DNA of 64,000 nucleotides from Methylovulum sp. (GTDB lineage Bacteria; Pseudomonadota; Gammaproteobacteria; Methylococcales; Methylomonadaceae): NCBI RefSeq assembly GCF_028687615.1, contig NZ_JAQTZU010000004.1, positions 4,293 to 68,292 of the forward strand, read 5' to 3'. Shown piece by piece: positions 44,089 to 54,352 of this stretch (position 1 is its first letter; each line of letters starts with the position of its first letter). The notes under the pieces were generated by a model. It saw only the letters and a program-made list of their open reading frames with translations, ran no database searches and was not told where the DNA came from. The position numbers and the translations under genes were made by a program.

Positions 44089-44276
44089 TGGAGCTGGCAA
44101 AGCTAAAATGGCAATGCCGACGTGGCAGCCTGGAATTGGATTTGCTACTCAAAAATTATTTCGACACGGTTTATTTGCAAGCGGATAACGAAGAAAAAAC
44201 GCGGTTTGTCGAGATGTTGAAACTGGATGATGAGGTGTTATTGGAATTTTTTCTAAAAACGCACACAAACAAATAA
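44088..44276 (+). CDS. sdhE: SdhE/YgfY-family FAD assembly factor, short form
   Basis: 62 aa. The motif CRRGSLELD matches the SdhE RGxxE motif. The ATG overlaps the sdhB stop (TAATG). Confidence 0.7.
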   Translation: MELAKLKWQCRRGSLELDLLLKNYFDTVYLQADNEEKTRFVEMLKLDDEVLLEFFLKTHTNK

Positions 44277-44369
44277 AAGGCTATGAAGCACAGGACTCCC
44301 GGTTGTTGCGCTTCAATGCCTCCGGCACATACGGCAATATGGGGTTAGGCGATTTCCAAGAATGAATGT

Positions 44370-44909
44370 TCAAAACAAATGTAAAGCCAACATAATCGCA
44401 TCTTCCCGGCCATTTTCAGCGGGGTAATAGCCTTTTCTGATGCCGATTTCATTAAAACCCATGTCTTCGTACAAGGCGATGGCGACGATATTGGACGGCC
44501 TGACTTCCAAAAAAATCGTCTCCGCCCTGCCCCTAGACGCGTCGATCAGATGCTTGAGCATTTTCCGGCCTATGCCTTGTTTCTGCTCGGCGGGGTCTAC
44601 GGAGATATTCAGGATATGCGCTTCCCCCGCCCCTATGGTCAGCAGGCAGTAGCCCAAAACCCGGTCAAGTTCTTCACAGACCCAGCAGCTATAACTCCCT
44701 TTCAAGCAATCTTCAAAAATATCTTCTTCCCAAGGAAATGGGTAATTTTTTCGTTCAATGGCGAGCACTTGCGGCAAGTCGGCGTTGGTCATCCTTCTGA
44801 TACGGAATAAATCCTTGCGCGGTACGGAATCAGGGAATACTTTGGCATAGAATTCCTTATCGGCATCGTAAACGACCAAGGTTTTAATTTTATCGAACAG
44901 TTCACGCAT
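44370..44909 (-). CDS. rimI: Ribosomal-protein-alanine N-acetyltransferase (GNAT)
   Basis: GNAT core QKQGIGRKMLKHLI. The start is uncertain: 44909, or the internal Met at residue 40 (RRMTNADL). Confidence 0.75.
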   Translation of the reverse strand: MRELFDKIKTLVVYDADKEFYAKVFPDSVPRKDLFRIRRMTNADLPQVLAIERKNYPFPWEEDIFEDCLKGSYSCWVCEELDRVLGYCLLTIGAGEAHILNISVDPAEQKQGIGRKMLKHLIDASRGRAETIFLEVRPSNIVAIALYEDMGFNEIGIRKGYYPAENGREDAIMLALHLF

Positions 44910-44928
44910 GGATAGCTTCCTTTTCTTA

Positions 44929-45624
44929 TTATTGTTTTTGTAGGGTTTTTATTGCAAATTGCAGGTCTTGCCAAGCTTTGCGCTTTTCCAGCAATGACCT
45001 TAATAAATACGCGGGGTGATAAATGACAATGACAGGTATCGAATTTACGTTATGCACCCTGCCCCTAAGTTTGGACAAGGGCGCGTCAGTACCCAACAAG
45101 GTTTGCGCGGCGATACGCCCTACCGCCAAGATGATTTTTGGTTGGATCAACGCGATTTGCCGTTGCAGATAATCATGGCAACCCGCCACTTCATCGGCGT
45201 GGGGGTCGCGGTTATTGGGCGGGCGGCATTTGACGATATTGGTGATGAACACGTCTTCACGGCCAAGGCCGATGGCGCGGATCATTTCGGTCAACAATTG
45301 CCCCGCATTGCCAACAAACGGCAAGCCTTGCTCGTCTTCATGCTGGCCTGGGCCTTCGCCTATGAACAGCCAGTCGGCGTTTTTATTGCCGGAACCGAAC
45401 ACCGTATTTTTGCGGGTGCTACATAGGCCACATCGGGTGCAAGCGGCGACTTCGGCGGCTAAGGTGTCCCAGTCATCGCTGACCGGGACACTTTCCGGTC
45501 GGGTCTCTACACAGCTAGTAATTGCAACGCTTGGCAATTCCAGATGGGAAGGCGCAAGATGTCGGGGTATCCAAACATCAATACCCATTGCATCCAGATA
45601 CTGCAAACGTAGCGCGTTATCCAC
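44929..45624 (-). CDS. udg: Uracil-DNA glycosylase, family 4
   Basis: 231 aa with CTRCGLC and GEGPGQHEDEQGLPFVGNAGQLL. Confidence 0.9.
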   Translation of the reverse strand: MDNALRLQYLDAMGIDVWIPRHLAPSHLELPSVAITSCVETRPESVPVSDDWDTLAAEVAACTRCGLCSTRKNTVFGSGNKNADWLFIGEGPGQHEDEQGLPFVGNAGQLLTEMIRAIGLGREDVFITNIVKCRPPNNRDPHADEVAGCHDYLQRQIALIQPKIILAVGRIAAQTLLGTDAPLSKLRGRVHNVNSIPVIVIYHPAYLLRSLLEKRKAWQDLQFAIKTLQKQ

Positions 45625-45635
45625 AATGCTACCTG

Positions 45636-47180
45636 TTACACATCACCTTTCTGCGGATGCTGGCGCTTATTCGGATGATGCAGTTTGTTGACGGCGTTGA
45701 TATAGGCTTTTGCCGAAGCCACCACTATGTCGGTGTCCGCACCCAAACCGTTGACGATGCGTCCCGATTTTTCCAGACGCACAGTAACCTCGCCTTGTGA
45801 ATCAGTGCCGTTGGTGATGTTGTTGACGGAATACAAGGCCAAGGTCGCATGGGTTTGCACCAATTGCTCGATGGCTTTCAAGGTCGCATCGACAACACCG
45901 CCGCCTTCAGCACAACCGATGGCTTCTTTATTGTCAATGCGCAAAGTCACTTGGGCATTGGGGACTTCACCGGTCTCGGAACACACTTTCAAGGCGATCA
46001 ATTTGACCCGTTCGTCTTCAGCTTCAATACTGGATTCAGAGATCAATGCCTGCAAATCTTCGTCAAAAATCTCGTGTTTTTTATCGGCAAGTTGCTTGAA
46101 ACGTATAAACGCCTCGTTGATTTCTTCTTCTGAGTTGAATTCAAAGCCCAACTCGGTGATGCGGCTTTTAAACGCATTGCGGCCTGAATGCTTGCCCAAC
46201 ACCATCCGGTTCGCCGACCAGCCAACATCTTCCGCCCGCATGATTTCGTAAGTCTCGCGGCTTTTTAAGACACCGTCTTGGTGGATGCCGGCTTCGTGGG
46301 CAAAGGCATTCGCACCAACTATCGCTTTGTTCGGCTGCACCGGAAAACCCGTGATGGTCGAGACCAATTTTGAACAAGTCAAAATTTCGCGGGTGTCGAT
46401 GCGGGTTTGGCAGTTGAACACATCATGGCGGGTACGCACCGCCATGACCACCTCTTCCAAGGACGCATTGCCGGCCCTCTCGCCCAAGCCGTTGATGGTG
46501 CACTCGACTTGGCGCGCGCCGTTCATCACCGCCGATAAGGAATTCGCCACCGCCAAACCCAAATCGTTATGGCAATGCACGGAAAAAATGGCTTTATCGG
46601 AATTGGGGATACGCGCCCTTAGATTGGCAATAGTCGCGCCAAATTGCTGCGGGATGCTGTAACCGACGGTATCGGGGATGTTCAAGGTAGTCGCACCCGC
46701 ATCAATCACCGCTTCCAAAATCCGGCACAAAAAATCTTCTTCGGAGCGTCCGGCATCTTCCGGGGAAAACTCAACATCGTCAGTATATTGCCGCGCCCGT
46801 TTGACCGCTTTGACGGCATGGTCTATCACTTGCTCCGGCGACATGTTCAGCTTCATTTGCATGTGGATCGGCGAGGTGGCGATAAAGGTATGGATACGGC
46901 GGCGTTCGGCGTTTTTCAAGGCTTCACCGGCACGGTCTATATCTTTGTCCAAAGCCCGCGCCAAACCGCACACGGCGCTGTCTTTGATGATTTTCGCCAC
47001 CGCTTGCACGGCTTCAAAATCGCCCGGACTGGCTGCCGGAAATCCGGCTTCGATGACATCAACCCGAAGCCGTTCCAAGGCCCTGGCAATACGGACTTTT
47101 TCATCACGCGTCATCGACGCGCCGGGACTTTGCTCACCGTCACGCAAAGTCGTGTCAAAAATAATTAAATGGTCTTTCAT
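45636..47180 (-). CDS. leuA: 2-isopropylmalate synthase
   Basis: Motifs [12 protein letters not shown] and [14 protein letters not shown], with a C-terminal LeuA dimerisation domain. The start is trimmed to MKDHLIIF. Confidence 0.96.
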   Translation of the reverse strand: MKDHLIIFDTTLRDGEQSPGASMTRDEKVRIARALERLRVDVIEAGFPAASPGDFEAVQAVAKIIKDSAVCGLARALDKDIDRAGEALKNAERRRIHTFIATSPIHMQMKLNMSPEQVIDHAVKAVKRARQYTDDVEFSPEDAGRSEEDFLCRILEAVIDAGATTLNIPDTVGYSIPQQFGATIANLRARIPNSDKAIFSVHCHNDLGLAVANSLSAVMNGARQVECTINGLGERAGNASLEEVVMAVRTRHDVFNCQTRIDTREILTCSKLVSTITGFPVQPNKAIVGANAFAHEAGIHQDGVLKSRETYEIMRAEDVGWSANRMVLGKHSGRNAFKSRITELGFEFNSEEEINEAFIRFKQLADKKHEIFDEDLQALISESSIEAEDERVKLIALKVCSETGEVPNAQVTLRIDNKEAIGCAEGGGVVDATLKAIEQLVQTHATLALYSVNNITNGTDSQGEVTVRLEKSGRIVNGLGADTDIVVASAKAYINAVNKLHHPNKRQHPQKGDV

Positions 47181-47429
47181 AAAAACTCCATACACGGAGA
47201 GCTATCAACTTAGGTGTTGACAGGAATAAATAAGGATGGATTGGAAAATGGAGATTGAATAAGATGGCTGCCCATCAGGGCAGTAATCTTAGGACGAGGC
47301 CGGACACTGCACACAAGCCTAGGTTGCCGGGCATTGTGCCGACCGAAGTGAAGTGTGTATAAAGTGTGTGTTTAATGGTGATCATGGCGGGGGACTATAC
47401 GCGAATGAACAAAAGCCTTCAAGCCCATT

Positions 47430-48170
47430 TTAACCTTTACGTTCCTGCATGATGCGTTTGCGTTGCACCAGCGTAATCACCGGCCCTGAAATCGCATAGG
47501 CCAAAAACAGCAAAAACAACATGGTTTGGGGTTGCGCCATAACAAACGCGATGCCCAGCATCATGGCAATGGCGACAAAAAACGGCACTTTGCCTTTTAA
47601 GTCGATGCTTTTGAAACTCGTGTAGCGAAAATTGCTGACCATCAACAAGCCAGTTCCGATGGTGAACGCGATGGCTATATATTTCACCATGTCTATCGGA
47701 TAACCATGTTCCAGGCAAATCCAGATAAATCCCGCAAGAATAGCCGCCGCCGCAGGGCTTGCCAGCCCTTGAAAATAGCGTTTGTCGGCCGTTTCCAATT
47801 GCGTGTTGAACCTCGCCAAGCGCAAAGCCGCGCCTGCGGTATGCACAAACGCGGCGAACAAACCCAAGCGTCCCAGACTGGGAAACGCCCATAAATACAT
47901 GACCAAGGCCGGGGCGACGCCAAATGACACCATGTCCGACAAGCTATCGTATTGCGCCCCGAATTCGCTTTGGGTATTGGTCAGACGCGCCACACGCCCA
48001 TCCAGGCCATCAAGGATCATCGCCACAAAAATTGCCACTACGGCGGTTTCATAACGCCCGTTCATCGCGGAAGTGATCGCATAAAAACCGGCAAACAACG
48101 CACCGGTCGTAAACAGATTGGGTAATAAATAAATGCCTCGGCGGCGTATGGAAGCCTTATCAGATGTCAT
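47430..48170 (-). CDS. pssA: CDP-diacylglycerol--serine O-phosphatidyltransferase
   Basis: 246 aa with the CDP-alcohol transferase motif DGLDGRVARLTNTQSEFGAQYDSLSD. Confidence 0.92.
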   Translation of the reverse strand: MTSDKASIRRRGIYLLPNLFTTGALFAGFYAITSAMNGRYETAVVAIFVAMILDGLDGRVARLTNTQSEFGAQYDSLSDMVSFGVAPALVMYLWAFPSLGRLGLFAAFVHTAGAALRLARFNTQLETADKRYFQGLASPAAAAILAGFIWICLEHGYPIDMVKYIAIAFTIGTGLLMVSNFRYTSFKSIDLKGKVPFFVAIAMMLGIAFVMAQPQTMLFLLFLAYAISGPVITLVQRKRIMQERKG

Positions 48171-48539
48171 ACTTCAATTAATTCCTTGATGAAATGATTA
48201 TTCGCTTGAATTATACAATGTGTATACCAAGCCATCGCTGATTATTATAATTTTTTACCTACTCAAGCTTAAATTCAAAACCGATAACATCAGGATAAAT
48301 TTTAAATTAAGTCCATCCCAGCTATCCGCTTGTTTGTTTAGGATTACATTGTCGATTGATATTGCATTGCATTACAACGGCTTGATTGCGATAAAGTCGC
48401 TAATTAACAACAAATGGGCTTTGTTATTTGGACTTTATCCTTGTAGATGATTTTCCATTATGGCCGTCCACCGTTGCATAATAACGATGCGTTACGTATG
48501 ATTCCCGTCAATACTTTATTGTGATAGGAAAAGGGAGAC

Positions 48540-48872
48540 ATGCTAGAAAAACGTAAACATCCAAGAGTGCCTACTGATCTTGATTTTTCATTTTTTCTTG
48601 ACGGTCAGCAATACACGGGCAAGGTAGGGAACATAAGTTTAAGCGGCGCATTTTTATCTGCGCCAGAACCAGAATTAATTCCGTCATATATCGCGAAATC
48701 GGGTGATCTTACAATCCAACTGAATGATGAGTTGCTAGTATTAAAATCTGAAGTTGTTTATGCAGTAGGCCACGACAATGCGTTTTTCCCAGTCGGAGCA
48801 GGTTTGATTTTTAGCAAAACAGACGAAGAAACCCGACTTTCGATAATGAAATTAGCCACCTTGGAGCTTTAG
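48540..48872 (+). CDS. PilZ-domain protein
   Basis: 110 aa with RKHPR and NISLSGAF (RxxxR ... D/NxSxxG c-di-GMP motifs). Confidence 0.8.
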   Translation: MLEKRKHPRVPTDLDFSFFLDGQQYTGKVGNISLSGAFLSAPEPELIPSYIAKSGDLTIQLNDELLVLKSEVVYAVGHDNAFFPVGAGLIFSKTDEETRLSIMKLATLEL

Positions 48873-48926
48873 TAAGCGCCCGCCATACGGCATATTTCTG
48901 GATTTTTATTTTATAGCCACGCCCAA

Positions 48927-49964
48927 ATGAATCATTATTTTTACCATTTCCCTTATAAGCCCTCCCTAATTCTAACTGTCATCTTTTTGCTTTGGGGGTG
49001 CGACCAACCAACGGTACAAAAAATCAGTGGCGAAGCACAAGGCACAACTTACCACATCAGTTTTTGGTCCGCGCAAGCCACCGATATGCAAGCAATAAAA
49101 CAGGCTGTGGATGGCGAATTTAAGCGTATTGATCAATTATTGTCAAACTACCGCCCTGATTCGGCGATTGAGCAGCTTAACGCGACAGTTAGCAGTGAAC
49201 CGCAAGCCGTAAATGAAGAAATTATTGCTTTAATTGAGCAAGCCCGCATCGTCAGTATCGCAAGTGCCGGTTGTTATGATTTGACGATCAAGCCGCTATT
49301 CGATTTATGGGGTTTTAAAGCCAACAAGTTTTCGCCTCCCGCTCAGAAAACCCTGCAATCGACCTTACAAGAAGTGGGTTTTGAAAAAATTGAAATCTTG
49401 GACAAAAACCATTTGCGTAGGCTCAATCCCGAATTGAAAATTGATTTGTCCTCCATCGCCCAGGGCTATAGTGTTGGGCGTATCGCCGCTTTGCTGGAGC
49501 AACAAGGCATGGACAATTATCTGGTGGAAATTGGCGGTGAGTTGCAAACCCGTGGACAAAAACCGGGTGGGGAGGCGTGGCGGATCGCCTTGGAAAAACC
49601 GCTATCCGACGAACGCACCATGCAAAAAATCATTACGATTGAACAGGCCGAACCCATGACAGTGATGACATCCGGCACTTACCGGCATTATTTTGATGAT
49701 CATGGTAAACGTTATAGCCATATTCTGGATGCCAGGAGGGGAATTCCCGTAGAGCATAACACCGTTTCGGTGACAGTGTTCCATAATGACCCGACCCAAG
49801 CCGATGCGTGGTCTACCGCTTTGTTGTGCTTAGGGCGGATGGCTGGTCTTGACGCTGCCAATAAAGCAGGAATCGCGGCCTTGTTTATCGAGCAACAGGA
49901 TAAATCGTTTAATGAGTTCAATAGCACCGCCCTGCAAGCTCTGCATACAGTGACCATCAAATAA
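48927..49964 (+). CDS. apbE: FAD:protein FMN transferase (ApbE), lipoprotein form
   Basis: 345 aa with lipobox LWGC and the ApbE core GEAQGTTYHISF ... DLSSIAQGYSV. Confidence 0.9.
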   Translation: MNHYFYHFPYKPSLILTVIFLLWGCDQPTVQKISGEAQGTTYHISFWSAQATDMQAIKQAVDGEFKRIDQLLSNYRPDSAIEQLNATVSSEPQAVNEEIIALIEQARIVSIASAGCYDLTIKPLFDLWGFKANKFSPPAQKTLQSTLQEVGFEKIEILDKNHLRRLNPELKIDLSSIAQGYSVGRIAALLEQQGMDNYLVEIGGELQTRGQKPGGEAWRIALEKPLSDERTMQKIITIEQAEPMTVMTSGTYRHYFDDHGKRYSHILDARRGIPVEHNTVSVTVFHNDPTQADAWSTALLCLGRMAGLDAANKAGIAALFIEQQDKSFNEFNSTALQALHTVTIK

Positions 49965-50051
49965 TCGCTTGATTTGACTATCGCTTTTGTCATCAAAAAG
50001 CAATGCGCAAGTTGTTACGATATAATCATTTATTTTTTAGCCTTATAACTT

Positions 50052-50744
50052 ATGTCGAGACTGAATATTCTTGTAGTTGAAGATGAAGATGCCATCAGAG
50101 GTATGTTGATGATGGTCCTTGAACAAGCCGGCTTTAAATCAATTGCCGCTGCCGATGCAGAGGACGCACAAAAGGTTTTGGATGATATTTCACCTGATTT
50201 AATTCTTTTGGATTGGATGCTGCCTGGTATTAGTGGCGTGGAATGGGCTAGACGTTTAAAAAAAGAACCCGTATATCGGGATTTGCCAATTATTTTGCTC
50301 ACGGCCCGTGGTGAGGAAGAAGATAAAGTCAGAGGGCTGGAAATTGGTGCCGATGATTACATCACCAAGCCATTTTCACCAAAAGAATTGGTCGCCCGGA
50401 TTCGGGCAGTACTGCGGCGTAGTGGTAAAATCCAGGGCTTGGCACAAATTGCTTTGGGTGATTTGATTCTTGATACTGAACAGCACCGGTTGAGCATTGG
50501 TGATAAACAACTGGAAGTCAGCCCTACCGAATTCCGTTTGATGCAGTTTTTCATGACCCATCCTGACAAAGTCTACAGCCGTACCCAGTTGCTGGACCAG
50601 GTCTGGGGGCGTAGCGTCTATATCGAAGAACGCACTATTGATGTGCATATCCGCCGCTTGCGGAAAATTTTGGGGGAACACGGGCGGGAAGACTTGGTAC
50701 AAACTGTACGTGGCTTTGGTTATCGTTTTTCGCTGATGGAATGA
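50052..50744 (+). CDS. phoB: Phosphate regulon response regulator
   Basis: 230 aa. The receiver domain has the phospho-acceptor context [10 protein letters not shown], followed by an OmpR/PhoB winged helix. Confidence 0.93.
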   Translation: MSRLNILVVEDEDAIRGMLMMVLEQAGFKSIAAADAEDAQKVLDDISPDLILLDWMLPGISGVEWARRLKKEPVYRDLPIILLTARGEEEDKVRGLEIGADDYITKPFSPKELVARIRAVLRRSGKIQGLAQIALGDLILDTEQHRLSIGDKQLEVSPTEFRLMQFFMTHPDKVYSRTQLLDQVWGRSVYIEERTIDVHIRRLRKILGEHGREDLVQTVRGFGYRFSLME

Positions 50745-52030
50745 GTTTCATGGACGCTTGGCGAAAAGAATTTATCAGCGTTCTATCGCTATTGTTTGCG
50801 GCATTTGTTATTGGTTCTGTAACGGATACCCTGTTTCCTGCTTTATTTTGGATGACCCTGTTTCTGCTGATCTGCCAATTTCGGCAAATCCGACGATTTG
50901 AAAAATGGATATGTGCAGGTGGCAAAGGTCAATATCCAAAAACGTCTGGTATCTGGGAAGAAATTTTTTACCATATTTATCGCATTAAAAAGAGTGATAA
51001 ACGGCGCAAAAAGAAGCTCAGGAAATTAATAGAACAGTTCCGCCAATCTACTGAAGCATTGCCCGACGCAGCCGTGGTGTTACGTAGCAATGATGAAATT
51101 GATTGGGCCAATAAGACGGCCAGACAAGTCCTCGGCTTGCAACAAGCAGATAAAGGCCAACGGATTATTAATTTTGTCCGGTTTCCTGACTTTATCCGTT
51201 ACCTCAAATCGGGTAATTACAGTGAGCCTGCCATTATACCGTCGCCGCTAAACAACCGGATCACCCTAGAAGTGCGTATTATCTGTTATGGCTCAGGATT
51301 GCGCCTGTTGCTTGCCCAAGATGTGACGCAATTGAAGAAAATGCAAACCATGCGCAAGGATTTTGTTGCCAATGTTTCACATGAGCTGAGGACACCGTTG
51401 ACCGTGCTTAAGGGTTATCTGGAAACCTTACAGGATATGGACGATGACGCATCGCCCCTACTGACCAACTCCTTCAAAGAAATGCTGGGCCAAACTGAAC
51501 GGATGCAACATCTCGTCGATGATTTGCTATTACTGACGCGTTTAGAAACTCAACAGAAAAAAACCCAGTGCATTGATGTCCCTGCTTTATTAAGCCAAAT
51601 ATGCAAAGAAGGGGACACAATGGAAAATGCTTCCAGACGCATTGAATTAACATTAGAAACCTCGGCACACCTTTACGGTGAAGAGCAGGATCTACGTAGT
51701 GCCTTCACCAATTTACTTGGCAATGCCCTGAAATATTCTCCTGACGATTCCGTCGTTAAAGTGCGCTGGTATCAAAATAAAGAAGAAATTATTTTGGATG
51801 TAGAAGATTTTGGGGAGGGTATAGCCGTATCTGAAATTCCGCGTATCACAGAGCGTTTTTATCGTGTTGAAAACAAACGCCGCAACAAAATCCCTGGAAC
51901 GGGTTTAGGTTTAGCGATTGTAAAGCATGTGTTAATGCGCCATGACGCAAACTTGAAAATCACCAGTGAACTTGGCAAAGGCAGTTGCTTTAGCTGTCAT
52001 TTTCCTGTTAGACGAAATTGCTGCAATTAA
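50741..52030 (+). CDS. phoR: Phosphate regulon sensor histidine kinase
   Basis: 429 aa with 2 TM segments, a PAS-like region, H-box SHELRTPLT and G-box [11 protein letters not shown]. It overlaps phoB by 4 nt. Confidence 0.92.
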   Translation: MSFMDAWRKEFISVLSLLFAAFVIGSVTDTLFPALFWMTLFLLICQFRQIRRFEKWICAGGKGQYPKTSGIWEEIFYHIYRIKKSDKRRKKKLRKLIEQFRQSTEALPDAAVVLRSNDEIDWANKTARQVLGLQQADKGQRIINFVRFPDFIRYLKSGNYSEPAIIPSPLNNRITLEVRIICYGSGLRLLLAQDVTQLKKMQTMRKDFVANVSHELRTPLTVLKGYLETLQDMDDDASPLLTNSFKEMLGQTERMQHLVDDLLLLTRLETQQKKTQCIDVPALLSQICKEGDTMENASRRIELTLETSAHLYGEEQDLRSAFTNLLGNALKYSPDDSVVKVRWYQNKEEIILDVEDFGEGIAVSEIPRITERFYRVENKRRNKIPGTGLGLAIVKHVLMRHDANLKITSELGKGSCFSCHFPVRRNCCN

Positions 52031-52052
52031 ATCTGCCTAAAAGAGGTTAAGG

Positions 52053-52799
52053 CTATACGGACAAGGCGTCCATTAAATCAATCATAAATTCCATCTCTTC
52101 ATCCTCCACTTTATCCCAAGCCCTAAAACCCAAGCTTTTTAATACATCCTGACCTTTGTCATTATTTTTCATGCCGACCAATAATTCCAGTATATCCATT
52201 TTACGATGCGCCAATTTTGGACCTATCATCAGGCCGTGATGGATAACACTGATTTCACTTCTAACAATAACCCGCAGCTTACTCTTAACTATATTGGATA
52301 GGCCATCATAAGCCTCAGCAAGAAAAACACCAACATCAGCATTACCTTTAAGTAATTGTTTTGCAACCAGAATATAAGCATCACAGCTTATTATAATGGT
52401 GTTGTTTAAGTTAAGGTCCCCCGCCTCTAGCATGATCATACCCATCAAGCGTATATCCGGGTCATCCGTAACGGCAATTTTTATACCTGAAGATAAGTCG
52501 GCCACATCATATATCAGACTTTCGGCATTTACGGCAATAATGGCTTCGTCAGAAACCCCGACAGGCCTCGCCAGCGGGCGGAAACCTTTTTTACGTACCA
52601 ACATTGCGGCATCAAAGGGATTGGCGTAGATCAAATCTATACCGTTACTTTCAATTACAGCCTTTTGTGTTTGGAAACAATCGTACATTTCCAAATGGAC
52701 TGCTTCACCAAGCTGTTTTTGTAGCCAGGTATTAAATATGTACCAGCCAGATAAATGATCGGGCGAGAAATCGGGACTTACAGTAAATTGATAAGGCAT
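52053..52799 (-). CDS. PhnD-like (phosphonate/phosphite-binding-protein fold) protein without signal peptide
   Basis: 248 aa. It starts MPYQFTVSPDFSP with no hydrophobic leader. DLIYANPFDAAM and GFRPLARP resemble type-2 periplasmic binding proteins of the PhnD group. Confidence 0.65.
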   Translation of the reverse strand: MPYQFTVSPDFSPDHLSGWYIFNTWLQKQLGEAVHLEMYDCFQTQKAVIESNGIDLIYANPFDAAMLVRKKGFRPLARPVGVSDEAIIAVNAESLIYDVADLSSGIKIAVTDDPDIRLMGMIMLEAGDLNLNNTIIISCDAYILVAKQLLKGNADVGVFLAEAYDGLSNIVKSKLRVIVRSEISVIHHGLMIGPKLAHRKMDILELLVGMKNNDKGQDVLKSLGFRAWDKVEDEEMEFMIDLMDALSV

Positions 52800-52809
52800 A
52801 ATTTCCTTA

Positions 52810-53283
52810 TTATTTCAATGTGGCATAAAGTCGTTTAGCATCTTCTACTTTGGTGCGCGAAGGCTTGCGTCGCACGGAAGTATAACTAACCACTTCATTG
52901 TTTCTGATATTAGGAATAACTGTCGCTTTTACCCAGTAATAGCCGCCGTCTTTACGCAAATTCTTTACAATCCCTTGCCAATATTCGCCTTTATTGACTG
53001 TATCCCACAAATCTTTAAAGGCTACGGATGGCATATCGGGATGCCTTAAAATTGAATGGGGCGATCCAATCAATTCATCTTCTGTGTAACCGGACATTTC
53101 AACAAAAGCTTTATTGACATGGGTAATGATGCCATTTTTGTCAGTAGTCGAGACGATGAGTTTTCCATCAGGATAAGGGATTTCTATATCCGTGTATAAA
53201 ACCAACCTGCTTAACCCGCCGTAAAGCGCGAGCAGGGCTTCCTTATAATCGCCAATAACGTCTTCGGGTTTAAAATCACGCAT
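52810..53283 (-). CDS. Stand-alone PAS-domain protein
   Basis: 157 aa. GIITHVNKAFVEMSGYTEDELIGSPHSILRHPDMP and GGYYWVKATVIP fit the PAS fold. Confidence 0.8.
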   Translation of the reverse strand: MRDFKPEDVIGDYKEALLALYGGLSRLVLYTDIEIPYPDGKLIVSTTDKNGIITHVNKAFVEMSGYTEDELIGSPHSILRHPDMPSVAFKDLWDTVNKGEYWQGIVKNLRKDGGYYWVKATVIPNIRNNEVVSYTSVRRKPSRTKVEDAKRLYATLK

Positions 53284-53291
53284 TTTAAATA

Positions 53292-53654
53292 TTACAAGAA
53301 GTCAGCAATACTGGCAGCAGCCCGTTTGACATCAAGAAAAATCAAGCCCAGTTTGGCATTAGGTTTTGCCAGAACCGTTAATACTGATTCCGATCCAGCA
53401 TAAGTCATTAACACATAACCATTAGCACCTTTAATTAATACCTGCTCCAATGTTCCTCTTGCCAATTCTTGAGCTGTTCTGTCACCCAACGAAAGCATGG
53501 CGGCACTCATGGCTCCCACGCGATCTTCGTCCATGCTGGCGGGTAAAACAGAGGCTATCATTAAACCATCGGTTGAAATAATCCCCGATGCCTCAATATC
53601 AGCCGAAGTACCGTTAAGTTCTGTCAATACAGAAGTCAACATATTTGCACGCAT
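53292..53654 (-). CDS. Roadblock/LC7 (MglB/CvnB-like) protein
   Basis: 120 aa. IEASGIISTDGLMIAS ... RVGAMSAAMLSLGDR ... GYVLMTYAG ... LTVLAKPNAKLGLIFLD is the classic Roadblock pattern. Confidence 0.8.
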   Translation of the reverse strand: MRANMLTSVLTELNGTSADIEASGIISTDGLMIASVLPASMDEDRVGAMSAAMLSLGDRTAQELARGTLEQVLIKGANGYVLMTYAGSESVLTVLAKPNAKLGLIFLDVKRAAASIADFL

Positions 53655-53702
53655 ATTTAATTTCCTCTTTTTCTTTTTAAAAATTTAATGTTAACGTTCA
53701 AA

Positions 53703-54350
53703 TTAACGTTCCTTTGTTGCATAACGTATGCTTAACGCCCAAACCAGAGACACAAACTCGGGTTGATTAAAATGAGGTATCCCATAAATAGCAATTACAA
53801 AGCGGTTATTGGAAATAAACAAAGGCCAGAAACCCACTTCACTATTACCAAAAACATCGACTATAGACCACGATTGGCTCATGATCCCCATATTATTGAC
53901 TAACAAACCGGCTCGTCTGTCGTGAACAGTGGCAATTTCCGCACTCAAAGCAGATAATTCTTCAGCCACTTCGTGTGGGAAGCCATGTGTTGCGAGATAA
54001 AATCCCTGCCTTTCTGCCAGTAAGACTTTACCACTTTCGGAAAATTTACTTAACAATCCTGGCAGGATGTCTTCTAGTGCACCTGTCGGATAATTTAAAG
54101 GCTCATTTAAGCCTTGGACCCAGCGAAGCTTTTGACAATGATGTAGTAATTCCAAGCATCTCTCTTGATCATCATGATTCATCAGATCCTGCAAGTTTTC
54201 AAGGTTTAATGCTTGGGTTTGTGGTTGCTGGAGTAGTTTTCTTAAAAATTGTCGGGGTTTATCAGTTTCCAAAGATGACACGGCATAATATGCACCGGCG
54301 GGAGTGGGATATAAATAGAGGCCTTCTGTCAAAGAATAGTCACTACTCAT
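53703..54350 (-). CDS. Hypothetical protein, C-terminal half Roadblock-like
   Basis: 215 aa. GKVLLAERQGFYLATHG ... AEELSALSAEIATV ... FVIAIYG resembles a second Roadblock/LC7 fold. The N-terminal half is unassigned. Confidence 0.5.
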   Translation of the reverse strand: MSSDYSLTEGLYLYPTPAGAYYAVSSLETDKPRQFLRKLLQQPQTQALNLENLQDLMNHDDQERCLELLHHCQKLRWVQGLNEPLNYPTGALEDILPGLLSKFSESGKVLLAERQGFYLATHGFPHEVAEELSALSAEIATVHDRRAGLLVNNMGIMSQSWSIVDVFGNSEVGFWPLFISNNRFVIAIYGIPHFNQPEFVSLVWALSIRYATKER

Positions 54351-54352
54351 AG

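Noticed and set aside
47275-47385. 36-codon minus-strand ORF (MITIKHTLYTHFTSVGTMPGNLGLCAVSGLVLRLLP) upstream of leuA, considered as a leucine leader peptide, with the hairpin CTGCCC-atca-GGGCAG after it.
   Set aside because: It has only scattered Leu codons (7 of 36, no run of three or more). The hairpin is short and lacks a T-run. There are no evident alternative terminator/antiterminator pairings.
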